Assembly: GCA_963731535.1 (NCBI GenBank)
Contig: CAVSWI010000014.1
Location: 4,017 to 68,016, forward strand
Length of the DNA stretch: 64,000 nt
Direction of reading: 5' to 3'
From: an uncultured Acidobacteriota bacterium
GTDB taxonomy: Bacteria; Acidobacteriota; Terriglobia; Acidiferrales; UBA7541
Part shown: in pieces, positions 28,283-38,404 of the stretch
How positions within the stretch are numbered: the stretch's first letter is position 1
Layout of the letters: the number at the start of each line of letters is the position of its first letter
Program-made: the position numbers and the translations under genes
The notes under the pieces: generated by a model
What the model was told of the DNA's origin: nothing
The model's database searches: none
Seen by the model: the letters and a program-made list of their open reading frames with translations, nothing else

Positions 28283-29594
28283 TCAATCGGGTTCGCCAGC
28301 CAAGCCTTGCGCGACTAGCAACTCCCGCGCTTCCAATCTAAGTTTTGGCAAATGCCGCAAGAAAATAAAACCGCCTAGGATCGCTCCGATTCCACCGATG
28401 GCGACAGTCCAAGGGGCACCGATGCGATCAGCTAGAATTCCTGCGAACAGAGCGCCCATCGGCGCCATGCCCATGAACATCATGGTATAGACGGCCATAG
28501 CGCGGCCTCGCAACTCGTCCGGAACCATGGCCTGAATCATCGTGTTGGAGCTGGACATCTGCAACATCACGCTATAGCCCACCGGCAGTAACAACGATGG
28601 CTGACAGCACGAGCCACCTGGAAAACGAAAACAAAACAAGGCTCGCCCCGAATCCAATCGCTGAAAAAGCGATCCACCGTCCCGAGTCCATGAACTCCGC
28701 GACGCATGGCAAGAGTGAGCGCGCCGAACAACGCTCCCAGGCCGCTGACACCCATTAGGATGCCGAGTGCGCGAGCGCCACCGTGTAGAACGCGATCGGC
28801 AAAAATGGGCATCAATACCGAATAGGGTACGGCCACCAGACTGACTACACCAATCAGCAGCATGATGGCCATGATGGGCGCGGTGCGTCGAACGAAACGA
28901 AATCCTTCAGCGATGTGTTCGATGGCCGTGGCTTCCCTGGAAACAAAACGCATGGGACCGAGTTTCATTAGGAGCAAACCGACTAGTACGGCGATGTAAC
29001 TCACGCCGTTGGCGAAAAAGCACCAGCCCTCGCCAATCCAGGCCACCAGCAGACCAGCGATAGCCGGGCCAATTACGCGAGCGCCGTTGAACATCGAAGA
29101 GTTCAGCGCGATGGCGTTCATCAAATCTTCGCGCCCGACCATGTCGATTAGAAAAGATTGTCGGGCGGGAATGTCAAACGCATTCACGGCACCTAGCAAA
29201 GACGCGAGCACTACAATTTCCCAGACGCGCACGACGTGAGACAGCGTAAGAATCGCGAGGATGAGCGCGAGAATCATCGAAGTGGTTTGGGTGCAATGAT
29301 CACACGATGGCGGTTCCAACGGTCGGCGGCCATACCGCCAACGGGCGCGAGCAGGAACACTGGGATTTGTCCGGCGAAGCCGACGACACCCAGGAGCAGC
29401 GACGAGCCGGTCAGCCGATAAACAAGCCAGGCTTGCGCGATGTTCTGCATCCAGGTGCCGATGAGCGAGATTAATTGTCCGCTGAAGAAAAGCTGGAAGT
29501 TGCGATGGCGGAGCGAGCGCACCATGTCGCGTACACGCGAACGATTTTCCGGAGCTGCGGGAATTGATGCTTGATCGAAAGACGCTTTAGCCAT
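28283..29594 (-). pseudogene. MFS transporter (MFS_3/EntS-like) disrupted by three frame changes
   Basis: One continuous MFS homology is spread over three reading frames. The N-terminus (NFQLFFSGQLISLIGTWMQNIAQAWLVYRLTGS) runs in frame A to about 29290. The centre (ORF 28567-29319) is in frame B. A short return to frame A (AFSAIGFGASLVLFSFSRWLVLSAIVVTAGGL, then TAG at 28572-28574) follows. The C-terminus (ORF 28283-28657, SSSNTMIQAMVPDELRGRAMAVY) is in frame C. Confidence 0.7.
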
Positions 29595-29684
29595 CCAGTC
29601 AATTGTACGATGTAAATGGTGAGATGTTATTTTCGATCGGGCGATCTTTCTCCACCTGGACATACCAAAATGCCAGGCACAAGA

Positions 29685-30989
29685 TCAGGTCGCAGATTGA
29701 GTGCCGGGCGGCGGCTCTTGCGGAGGACCTGGCGGGGGCGCAAGAAGGCGGTTGCAGGCGCGCAAGATACGTCGATAGGGCCAACTCCCTTCGCGGAACA
29801 GGATTTCTCCTTCGCGGGGCTTGGAATAAAACCATCGCGAAAGGAGCGAAAGATGTTCGGCGAGTTCTGGAGGCGCTGATTGCAAACCGTACCGCGAGCG
29901 ATTCGCCGAAGCAACGTCGGAGGGTAGGGCCTGGGACTGCGGCGACGCGTTTTCCTCCTGCGGTTGCGCTGATAAGTTAATTTCGGCGGAAGAATCCACT
30001 TTCGACGCCCCTGATTTGCTTCGAGGAAGGCTTGTCGGCGGGTCCAAAACGGATCGCAACATCCCTTCCACGGATTTTGGCTCGGTCGATAGTTCCACAA
30101 AACGCAAAAACAAGGGCTCGGCCAAAATTCCTGCGCGAGTGGGAAAGACTACAATCGTTTTCTCTTCGGCGCTGCGCTGCAAGATTACCGCGTCGATTTC
30201 ATCGATACGGCGCGTCAATTCTCCCCATCCTCGCAATGTGCCGGAAACTTTTTCCAGACGCTTGTGAAGCGCGGCGGCTTTTTCGAAGTTCAAGGCTTCG
30301 CTGGCAGCTTCGCGCTGGGCCTGAATTTCTTTGATCAGGAATGAGCCGCCGCTTTCAAGGGTCTCGAGGACACGGCCAACCTCGACGTCATATTCCTGCT
30401 TGGAGCAGCCGGCGAAACAGGGCGCCAGACACATCTTCATCTCGGAGTAAATACAGCCGGGAAAGGCCGGGTCGCGGCGAATTTTTATCTGGCATCGGCG
30501 AATTTTGAAGAGATCGAGAAACGATTCGCTGAATGCTTCGGCGGCGCGACGGGACGCGAACGGTCCGAAATAAAATCCGCCGTCCGCGCGGATGCGGCGA
30601 GTGACATAGCCCCGCGGATATTCGTTGCGAAGATTGATTTTCAAGAGCGCAGACGGTCGCAAGCGTAACAAACTGCGGTAACGGTATGGAAAATATTTGC
30701 GCGCTTGCTCGTACATCGTAAGGGTTTGTTCGAATTTCGATCCAGTCACACGATAATGAATGCCCGCCACTACGTCACGAAGATTCAGGCGTTTCGACGG
30801 CGCGTCCGGCGTGCCGAGCAATCTTTCCGCGGCGCGTCGAATGTCCGCGGTGCGCGCGAGGTAGGGCTTGGCTTTGGCGTCGCGCATCTCAAGCAAGAGG
30901 ACGCCGGGACCAGAAGGCATGCAGTTGAAAAAGTCCGCATCGAATTCAGGTACGAATGGAAGGCGGCTATCCAGTTCCAACATGCGCAC
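29685..30989 (-). CDS. UvrC-like protein lacking the C-terminal endonuclease/HhH half
   Basis: Collinear with the UvrC N-half: a GIY-YIG-like region (GPGVLLLEM...PYLARTADIRRAAERL), a Cys-rich region (FKIRRCQ...PGCIYSEMKMCLAPCFAGCSKQEY) and a UVR motif (EALNFEKAAALHKRLEKV). Ends at 434 aa with a low-complexity tail. Confidence 0.7.
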   Translation of the reverse strand: MRMLELDSRLPFVPEFDADFFNCMPSGPGVLLLEMRDAKAKPYLARTADIRRAAERLLGTPDAPSKRLNLRDVVAGIHYRVTGSKFEQTLTMYEQARKYFPYRYRSLLRLRPSALLKINLRNEYPRGYVTRRIRADGGFYFGPFASRRAAEAFSESFLDLFKIRRCQIKIRRDPAFPGCIYSEMKMCLAPCFAGCSKQEYDVEVGRVLETLESGGSFLIKEIQAQREAASEALNFEKAAALHKRLEKVSGTLRGWGELTRRIDEIDAVILQRSAEEKTIVVFPTRAGILAEPLFLRFVELSTEPKSVEGMLRSVLDPPTSLPRSKSGASKVDSSAEINLSAQPQEENASPQSQALPSDVASANRSRYGLQSAPPELAEHLSLLSRWFYSKPREGEILFREGSWPYRRILRACNRLLAPPPGPPQEPPPGTQSAT

Positions 30990-31039
30990 AAGAATACACT
31001 GAGGGAAGACTGCCGGGAAAATTGTGCGGCGTTATTTTC

Positions 31040-32185
31040 TCAGTACGCTTTCAGGACCCAAGCGGCGATCACCAGGCGCTGAATTTCGCTGGTGCCTTCG
31101 TAAATTTCCGTGATGCGGGCATCGCGGTAGTTGCGTTCGACGGGATATTCACGGCTGTAGCCGTAGCCGCCGTGGATTTGGATAGCTTTGTGCGCCACGC
31201 GCGTGGACATCTCGCTAGCGAAGAGTTTTGCGATCGACGCTTCCATGGTAAACCGCGCGCCAGAGTCTTGTTTCCAGGCAGCACGACGAGCGAGCAACCG
31301 CGCGGCGTCAATTTCGGTGGCCATGTCGGCAAGCATGAACTGGATGGCCTGAAAATCGGAGATGGGATGACCGAAGGCCTGACGCTGCTGCGCATAGGAT
31401 AGCGCCGCTTCAAATGCGCCTTGCGCAATCCCGGTGGCCTGCGCGGCAATGCCGATGCGGCCACCGTCGAGCGTGGAGAGCGCGACTTTGTAACCTTCTC
31501 CTTCGTTCCCGATGCGATGGCCTACGGGAACTTCGCAATCGGTGAACGAAAGCTCGGTGCAGGCGGTGGCGTTAATGCCGAGTTTTTTTTCCTCTTTGCC
31601 GACGGCAAAACCGCGCGTGCCCTTTTCCACCACGAGCGCGGTAATTCCCTTTTCACCTTTTTCAGGCTGGGTGTTGACGTAAACGATTGCGGCATCGGCG
31701 GCACCACCATTGGTGATCCACGCCTTTGTGCCATTGATTACGTAGGTGTCACCTTTGCGAATGGCTTTGGTGCTGAGAGCGGCCGCGTTGGAGCCCGCTT
31801 GCGGCTCGGTGAGCGCGTAGCACCCGATTTTTTCGCCGCGTGCGAAAGGCACCAGAAATTTCTGCTTTTGTTGGTCGGTGCCAAACCGGAGGATGGGATC
31901 ACAGTACAGCGAATTTTGAACCGACAGGATCACTCCGGTAGAAGCGCAAACGCGTGAGATTTCCTCAATAACGATGGCGTAGCTGACGTGATCCATGCCG
32001 GCGCCGCCGTAATTCTCGGGCACGGCAACGCCGGTAAGTCCCAGTTCAGCGGCTTTCTTGAAATTGTCGCGCGGGAAACGTCCGCTCTCGTCAATTTCCT
32101 TGGCGTGCGGCTTTACTTCCGCTTGCGCAAAATCGCGTACGCTGCGTTGCAGCAGTTGTTGCTCTTCGGTTAGATCCAGATCCAC
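31040..32185 (-). CDS. Acyl-CoA dehydrogenase (short/medium-chain type)
   Basis: 381-aa ORF. CYALTEPQAGSNAA, the FAD/CoA-binding core and C-terminal RITEIYEGTSEIQRLVIA. Confidence 0.9.
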   Translation of the reverse strand: MDLDLTEEQQLLQRSVRDFAQAEVKPHAKEIDESGRFPRDNFKKAAELGLTGVAVPENYGGAGMDHVSYAIVIEEISRVCASTGVILSVQNSLYCDPILRFGTDQQKQKFLVPFARGEKIGCYALTEPQAGSNAAALSTKAIRKGDTYVINGTKAWITNGGAADAAIVYVNTQPEKGEKGITALVVEKGTRGFAVGKEEKKLGINATACTELSFTDCEVPVGHRIGNEGEGYKVALSTLDGGRIGIAAQATGIAQGAFEAALSYAQQRQAFGHPISDFQAIQFMLADMATEIDAARLLARRAAWKQDSGARFTMEASIAKLFASEMSTRVAHKAIQIHGGYGYSREYPVERNYRDARITEIYEGTSEIQRLVIAAWVLKAY

Positions 32186-32261
32186 TGAACGATCCTTATG
32201 GCATGGCGATAACAGCGAATGAAAATTCTAGGCTGCACCGCAGAATTAAGAAAGGGCAATT

Positions 32262-32741
32262 TTATGCCAGGGCTTTGCGGAGCTGTTCGTAGGTGGTGGA
32301 AAGCTCTTCGGGCTCGACGCGAGTCTCACCCACAACGGTCATGAAATTTGCGTCGCCGGACCAGCGCGGAAGGACGTGCAGATGCAAGTGGCCGGTGACG
32401 CCAGCTCCGGCCGCTCGGCCAAGATTCATGCCGAGATTGTAGCCTTGCGGGTGATAGGTGTGTTCCAGAGCGGTGTGCACGCGCTGCGACAGCACCATCA
32501 TTTCGGCGAGGGTGTCCGGGTCGGCAGCGGAAAGATCAGCGACGTGGGCGTAAGGAACGACCATGACATGGCCGGTAGTGTAAGGATAGCGATTGAGGAT
32601 TACGAAATTCTTGGCGCCGCGCAGAACAATCTGAGTCTTTAGGTCATCTCCGGCGGCGATTGCGGCGCAAAAAATACAACCTTCGTCCTTCGACGCGTCG
32701 ACGATATAACGATACCGCCACGGGGTCCACAAATAATCCAT
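32262..32741 (-). CDS. HIT-family nucleotide hydrolase/transferase
   Basis: Histidine triad GHLHLHVLPRW. N-terminal LWTPWRYRYI...CIFC. Confidence 0.85.
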   Translation of the reverse strand: MDYLWTPWRYRYIVDASKDEGCIFCAAIAAGDDLKTQIVLRGAKNFVILNRYPYTTGHVMVVPYAHVADLSAADPDTLAEMMVLSQRVHTALEHTYHPQGYNLGMNLGRAAGAGVTGHLHLHVLPRWSGDANFMTVVGETRVEPEELSTTYEQLRKALA

Positions 32742-32746
32742 TCTGT

Positions 32747-33073
32747 TTAGGCCTGCGCTCCGGGTTCAGACGAGCTTGCCGAAGCGCCGCTGGCTCGCGG
32801 ATGGTTCACGAAATCTTTTAGTTCTTTGCTGGGTTTGAAGAACGGAATTTTCTTCGGCGGAACCTCTACTTTCGCGCCGGTTTTCGGATTACGTCCGGTT
32901 CGGCCGCGGCGTTCGCGGGTGCGAAAACTGCCGAAACCGCGAATCTCAATTTTATCGTCAGACTGCAAAGCCGCAATGATGCTCTCGAAAATTGTCTCGA
33001 CGACTGCCTCCGCCTCTTTGCGAGGCAGTTCGGTGACGCGAGTGACCTCTTCCACGAGGTCAGCCTTCGTCAT
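32747..33073 (-). CDS. HU/IHF-family DNA-binding protein
   Basis: MTKADLVEEV...IEIRGFGSFRTRERRGRTGRNPKTGAKVEVPPKKIPFFKPSKELK. The ORF opens at 33115; ATG 33073 gives the canonical N-terminus. It has a C-terminal Ser/Ala tail. Confidence 0.85.
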   Translation of the reverse strand: MTKADLVEEVTRVTELPRKEAEAVVETIFESIIAALQSDDKIEIRGFGSFRTRERRGRTGRNPKTGAKVEVPPKKIPFFKPSKELKDFVNHPRASGASASSSEPGAQA

Positions 33074-33295
33074 CGTATGATCTTTGTTTTCACGCTCTCC
33101 CGCAGCCTCTGCCATTGGATGAGGCCTCCTTTCGCGATATATGAAGACGCCGAAACATGTGAAGACGTTACGCTATTTACGGGCTGGGGCAACACCGTAG
33201 GTCTTTGCATATCATCAATCTAGCTTAAGGTAAATGATTTTTCCTGCGAAGGAAGGCCTTCCGGAGCCGCCGCCCCCCGGCGCCCAGGAATCCAT

Positions 33296-35368
33296 CTACG
33301 ACGATTGCCGCTTGGCCATTATTGCGTCACCAATTGTGGCGTTGGGTGACGATTTTACCTGCTTGGGCTGCTGCTTGAACGTTTCAATCTCCTGGCGTTC
33401 CACTTGTTTTTGCGCGGCGCGGTAGCTCAAACTGATTTTATGCTGCTCTGGTTCCAGGCGGAGAATCTTGAAGTCGTATTCGCTGCCCGTGTTCAAAACA
33501 GAAGTGATGCGCGCGCCTCTTGCTGGCTTTTGCTTATCGCGGTCCCCTTTTCCTTTACGTTCTTCGATTTCCGAAACGTGGCAGAGACCTTCGATTCCTT
33601 CGGCTAATTCCACAAAGGCGCCGAAATCGGTTGTTCTCGCAACTTTGCCTTTTAAGACGTCGCCGATTTTATGATCTGCAAACCAGTTGGCCCAGATATC
33701 TTTGACCTGCTTGATTCCAAGCGAAAGCCTACGGTTCTGCGAATCAACCTTGAGTACTTTCGCTTCGATGACATCGCCCTTCTTGAATTTTTCGCTGGGA
33801 TGCTTGATGCGCTCGGTCCAGCTAATATCGCTGATGTGAATTAAGCCTTCCATGCCCTCTTCGATTTCAACAAAGGCGCCAAAATCGGCGAGGTTGCGAA
33901 TGCGGCCATTGATGATGGCACCCACCGGATATTTTTCGGCAGCCGCGTCCCAGGGATCTGGCATGGTCTGTTTCAATCCCAGTGAGATGCGGCGCTGGTC
34001 CGTCTTCACTTCGAGTACGGTTACTTCTACTTCGTCTCCCACCTTCACCATTTTCGACGGGTGCTTGGTGCGTTTCGACCAGCTCATCTCGCTGACGTGT
34101 ACCAGGCCTTCGACACCGGGTTCGATCTGCACGAACGCGCCATAGTCGGTGACGCCAACGATTTTTCCCTGGGCTCGCGTACCAACGGCAAAACGCTCGG
34201 GAACAGTCGCCCACGGATCCGGCAAAAGCTGCTTGCGGCCAAGCGAGATGCGCTGTTTGTCCTTATCAAACTTCAAAATTTGCACTTCGATTTCATCGCC
34301 AGGCTTCACAATGGACGAAGGATGCGGCACGCGTCCCCAAACCAAATCGCTGACGTGAAGAAGTCCGTCGATACCGCCGAGATCCACAAACACGCCGTAG
34401 TCTGTTACGTTTTTCACCCGACCGCTGACCACAGAATTTTCCGAGAGAGAAGCCATCAAGGCATCGCGTTTCGATTTCTGCTCTTCTTCCAGGATCGCGC
34501 GACGGCTGACGACAACATTGCCTCGCTTGCGATTCAGTTTTAAAACGCGGACTTCGATATCGCGATCCTTCCAAGTTTCCAAATCGTGCACCGGCCGCAG
34601 TTCGATTTGCGAGGCAGGCAAGAAAGCGCGGACTCCGATGTCCACGACCAGGCCGCCTTTGATGCGCTCGGTTACTTTGCCCGTGATAGTGGCTTGCTCG
34701 CGATAGGATTTCTCGATGCCTTCCCACACGCGCCGGCGATGAGCGCGCACGTGAGACAGCAGAACGTATCCATTCTTCTGCTCGTGCAATCTTTCAACTT
34801 CAATTGTCTGGCCCTTGCCGAACTGGATGGGACTTCCGGAATCGACGAATTCCTGAGCAGGCACCAAACCTTCGAATTTTCCGCCGACGTCCACGATTAC
34901 ACCGAGGTCAGTTACGGCCAAAACGCGCCCGTCGAAAATTTCGCCCTCTGCAATGGCCGGTTCTGGCACGGCGAACTGGTCGAGCAGCTGATCCATGGTT
35001 TCCGAGGATTCGGCCTCCGCAGTTTCGGTCGACTCGCTAGCGAATGTGGGAGCGCTCCCTTTGCTCGTCTCAGAATGATCCGGCGACGGAGATTCCAGAG
35101 CCGCGCCTGCCGAAGATTCAGAATCGTCGCGTTGCGCACCAGACATTTCTTCAGGCGGAACGCTGGTCAGCGGCGAAGCCTCGACACTTTCGGGCGCGCG
35201 AACCACTGCAGTCGCAGCGCCGCTCAAAGAGCTAGAGTTAACGTTAGCGGAAGGAATCTGTGTGGTAGCCTGATCTGATTTCTGATCGCTGGAATTTTCG
35301 CCCGGGACTTCGGTAGTGACAGCTTCCGTTGCGGAAGGTTGGAGATTATTGTCTTGCTCGGCTGACAT
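33296..35368 (-). CDS. rpsA: 30S ribosomal protein S1 with an N-terminal extension of about 150 aa
   Basis: Six S1/OB repeats (for example GEIFDGRVLAVTDLGVIVDVGG, VVSGRVKNVTDYGVFVDLGG, RAQGKIVGVTDYGAFVQIEPG, IINGRIRNLADFGAFVEIEEG, VLKGKVARTTDFGAFVELAEG). They are preceded by a Ser/Glu/Ala-rich segment. Confidence 0.9.
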   Translation of the reverse strand: MSAEQDNNLQPSATEAVTTEVPGENSSDQKSDQATTQIPSANVNSSSLSGAATAVVRAPESVEASPLTSVPPEEMSGAQRDDSESSAGAALESPSPDHSETSKGSAPTFASESTETAEAESSETMDQLLDQFAVPEPAIAEGEIFDGRVLAVTDLGVIVDVGGKFEGLVPAQEFVDSGSPIQFGKGQTIEVERLHEQKNGYVLLSHVRAHRRRVWEGIEKSYREQATITGKVTERIKGGLVVDIGVRAFLPASQIELRPVHDLETWKDRDIEVRVLKLNRKRGNVVVSRRAILEEEQKSKRDALMASLSENSVVSGRVKNVTDYGVFVDLGGIDGLLHVSDLVWGRVPHPSSIVKPGDEIEVQILKFDKDKQRISLGRKQLLPDPWATVPERFAVGTRAQGKIVGVTDYGAFVQIEPGVEGLVHVSEMSWSKRTKHPSKMVKVGDEVEVTVLEVKTDQRRISLGLKQTMPDPWDAAAEKYPVGAIINGRIRNLADFGAFVEIEEGMEGLIHISDISWTERIKHPSEKFKKGDVIEAKVLKVDSQNRRLSLGIKQVKDIWANWFADHKIGDVLKGKVARTTDFGAFVELAEGIEGLCHVSEIEERKGKGDRDKQKPARGARITSVLNTGSEYDFKILRLEPEQHKISLSYRAAQKQVERQEIETFKQQPKQVKSSPNATIGDAIMAKRQSS

Positions 35369-35492
35369 GGAGAGCGGCCTCCGTACGAGTTCGTGCCCGT
35401 CTGCCGAGAATGCAAGCTCGGACTACTCCACCCTAGGGGGTTAGAGCAATGAAGGGGATTGAGCGTCCGTGCTCGGCGCCCACATCGAAAGG

Positions 35493-35522
35493 ATGATACG
35501 CGTGCAGTTTGCGCGTTGTCAA
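35493..35522 (-). promoter_or_regulatory. Sigma-70-type promoter upstream of rpsA (TTGACA-N18-TATCAT)
   Basis: Minus strand: -35 TTGACA (35517-35522), 18-nt spacer, -10 TATCAT (35493-35498). This leaves a leader of about 120 nt before ATG 35368. Confidence 0.45.
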
Positions 35523-35674
35523 CAAACCGTTGCGGAGGAAGCAAAGCCGCTAGATTTTAATTTTCAGTAATTTGCGAATTGTCAAGGCCGGTCTGCCTTG
35601 ATGATCGCCGCGGGGTAGAAGTTTCACGAGTTCTGGAATGCACCGCAAAGTCTCACGCAGAATGCACCGGATTG

Positions 35675-36610
35675 TTAGCAGAAGGCGGCCGGGCGAAAAT
35701 CTTTGCGATAGTCGGGGCCAAAAATTTCGACTGTGCGGCACATTTCATAAAGTCTAGAACGGATTCGTTTGCCTACACGGTCGGTAAGTGTGTCCTCCCG
35801 CGCCGCTCGGATCGGTTCGCCGGAAGGCAGCTTCGGGGTGCGATAGGAGTCAGGAAAGCTAACGTTTCCGCGCGGGCCGACCCCTCCACTAAGGGATTCC
35901 ACATTTCGAGATTGGTCGGCACCTTCGTCTAGGTAGTTTGTGGTAAGCACGGTGACTAGTTTTTCGTTGTAACGTGTGTTGAGTACATGCCCAACGGTCT
36001 CCAGCGCCCAGGTCGAAGGCTTGCTTGATCCCACATCATCCAGCACGAAGATTTCAGCTTTCAGCACAGGATCGAGCACACCCATTTCTGTGGACTGACT
36101 TTCTGGGTTATAGCTGTCCTGAATTTTCTTAAGCAGATCGCGATAATCATAGAAAAGACCGCTATGACCGCGCAGCACAATTTGTTTCAAAGCGGCGACC
36201 GCTAGATGCGTTTTGCCTACTCCACACGAGCCCATTAACATAATTCCGGGCGTGGCATGTTCCCGGACAGGGGTAAATGCCTCGGCGAATCCCTTAACGA
36301 CTAGCTTTGCCTCTGAGAGGCTCCGATTATATCTAGCAAGTTGATCGGACGAGACGCCATCAAGTTCATTATCCGTTTCGAAATTATCGAAATCGCAGTG
36401 GCGATAGCGTTCCGGTACGCGCGCTCGGGCGAGAGCACGCTCCGTCTGGTCACCTTTGGTGCAATCGCAGGGGACCGCCCAAACCAGTTTTGGATTTCCT
36501 TGCGACGAGCTGCCGGGCTTATCGGAAGAGACGGCCTGCGCGCCTTGCGTGTTGCGTTCCACAACTTTCCAGCCGCTGCCCTGGCAATGGGGACAATCTG
36601 GTTGTGCCAT
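35675..36610 (-). CDS. DnaC/IstB-like AAA+ ATPase with N-terminal Cys cluster
   Basis: Walker A GSCGVGKTHLAVAAL, Walker B FVLDDVGS, sensor TTN, and N-terminal CPHCQGSGW...CDC. Confidence 0.75.
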   Translation of the reverse strand: MAQPDCPHCQGSGWKVVERNTQGAQAVSSDKPGSSSQGNPKLVWAVPCDCTKGDQTERALARARVPERYRHCDFDNFETDNELDGVSSDQLARYNRSLSEAKLVVKGFAEAFTPVREHATPGIMLMGSCGVGKTHLAVAALKQIVLRGHSGLFYDYRDLLKKIQDSYNPESQSTEMGVLDPVLKAEIFVLDDVGSSKPSTWALETVGHVLNTRYNEKLVTVLTTNYLDEGADQSRNVESLSGGVGPRGNVSFPDSYRTPKLPSGEPIRAAREDTLTDRVGKRIRSRLYEMCRTVEIFGPDYRKDFRPAAFC

Positions 36611-36742
36611 GGTCGAAGGATAAGCGCGGCGCGCGTGGAGCGCAAGCGCACATCGCTGTGCAAAGCGCGCGCATCTGTGGAAAGCGTCGACATAAGCCGC
36701 AGATTACGATTAAACAGAGCCATCGAGGAGGACGAGGGATCG

Positions 36743-37144
36743 CTATTTCTCAACGCGAATGGCCTGGCGCGGAACCGCGCGGACAATGGCGTGGCGCACT
36801 TTGCGATCGTCAGCAGCCGAAAAACTGCGGGCCATCTCGCTGCGCACGAAACTGATGAAAGACTCCATCTGCGATTGCATGTCCGCCATTTTGTCGCGCA
36901 TATTGAGAATAATTTCAATGCCGGCAAGGTTGACGCCCAGTTCACGCGTCAAGTTGAGGATCACTTCCAGTCGCTCAAGATCAGAATCAGTGTAAAGGCG
37001 AGTGTTGCCTTGCGAACGAGACGGCTTGAGCAAGCCTACGCGCTCATACAAACGCAGAGTCTGCGGGTGAAGCCTGTACAACTCGGCGACGGCGCTGATC
37101 ATATAGCCCGCTTTAGCTTTCTTTTTTGAGCGGCCAGCCATCAT
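36743..37144 (-). CDS. hspR: MerR-family heat-shock repressor HspR
   Basis: MerR HTH (YMISAVAELYRLHPQTLRLYERVGLLKPSRSQGNTRLYTDSDLERL). Directly downstream of dnaJ, as in dnaK-grpE-dnaJ-hspR operons. Confidence 0.8.
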   Translation of the reverse strand: MMAGRSKKKAKAGYMISAVAELYRLHPQTLRLYERVGLLKPSRSQGNTRLYTDSDLERLEVILNLTRELGVNLAGIEIILNMRDKMADMQSQMESFISFVRSEMARSFSAADDRKVRHAIVRAVPRQAIRVEK

Positions 37145-37159
37145 CGTCTCCTTGCAAAG

Positions 37160-38341
37160 TTACACCGTGGCGCGAGAAAAAATTTCGCGGCGCGGATCTT
37201 CCGGATCAATCTTGCTGAGTTCTTTCAAGAGATTGCGCACGCGCTCGTCTTCAGGTTTCGGCACTACCACCTGCACTTCCACAATCTGGTCACCGCGCTT
37301 CCCGGAATGTCGCGCAGAGGGTGCGCCCTTTTCGCGCAGACGAAGTTTTTTCCCGCTGTTGGTGCCAGGTGGAATGCGCACCTGTGCGCGGCCATCGATC
37401 GTGGGAACTTCCACTTTTGCGCCGAGTGAGGCTTCGGGAACTGTGATGGGCACGACGGTAAAAAGATCATCGCCACGCCGCTCAAAAAATGGATGAGGTT
37501 CCACCCTCATCACGATGTACAGATCGCCTGGCGGGCCGCCATGCATGCCCGCATTGCCGCGGCCAGCGACTCGAACGCGTGAACCGGTTTGCGCGCCCGG
37601 CGGTATGCGCACGTCGAGAGTTTCCATACGCGCGACACGGCCTTCGCCACCGCAATTGCGGCACACCGTACGAAGTTTTCCCGTTCCACCGCAGCGCGAG
37701 CAGGTGATCTGGAAGCGCATCTTTCCACTCGTCTGGGTCACCTGGCCCGAGCCACCGCAGGTGGGACAGACTTTTTCGTCACCGGGAGCCACGCCCGTGC
37801 CGTGGCACACGTTGCAAACATCCAGGCGCGTGAAACTTAATTTCTTCACCGTGCCGCGCATAGCCTCAGCGAAGGTAATGTCGATCTGATATTCGAGGTC
37901 ATCGCCGGGCTGGCGTTCGTCGGAAGTTTGTGCCGCGCTGGCTCCGCGGAAAAACTGGCTGAAAAGATCGCGGAAACTTGTGCCGCCGCCCGCGCCGCCA
38001 GCTCCTTGACCCGCCCCGCCGCCGAAATCGAACCCGCCGAAATCGAAATGTATGTCTTCCGGTGAGCCTCCACCGCCGTACCCCGCTCCCGGAGCGCCGC
38101 CACCTTGGCCTGGCAGGTTGAAACCGAACTGATCGTACATCTGGCGCTTCTTGGTGTCGGAAAGCGTGTCGTAGGCTTCCTGAATCTGCTTGAATTTTTC
38201 TTCCGCGGATTTGTCGCCGGGATTCAGGTCCGGATGGTATTTACGCGCAAGCTTGCGGTAGGCTGCGCGAAGTTCTTTCGCGGTTGCTTTGCGCGGTACA
38301 CCTAGGAGTTCGTAGTAATCCTGTTTCGTTGTTGTAGCCAT
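37160..38341 (-). CDS. dnaJ: Chaperone DnaJ
   Basis: J domain with HPD ([10 protein letters not shown]), G/F-rich linker and four CxxCxGxG zinc motifs. Confidence 0.93.
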   Translation of the reverse strand: MATTTKQDYYELLGVPRKATAKELRAAYRKLARKYHPDLNPGDKSAEEKFKQIQEAYDTLSDTKKRQMYDQFGFNLPGQGGGAPGAGYGGGGSPEDIHFDFGGFDFGGGAGQGAGGAGGGTSFRDLFSQFFRGASAAQTSDERQPGDDLEYQIDITFAEAMRGTVKKLSFTRLDVCNVCHGTGVAPGDEKVCPTCGGSGQVTQTSGKMRFQITCSRCGGTGKLRTVCRNCGGEGRVARMETLDVRIPPGAQTGSRVRVAGRGNAGMHGGPPGDLYIVMRVEPHPFFERRGDDLFTVVPITVPEASLGAKVEVPTIDGRAQVRIPPGTNSGKKLRLREKGAPSARHSGKRGDQIVEVQVVVPKPEDERVRNLLKELSKIDPEDPRREIFSRATV

Positions 38342-38404
38342 GATCGATTCTTGAAAGTTAACTTCGACAACGTCGAGGCCGCGATTACGTACCGGCCAGC
38401 GTCG

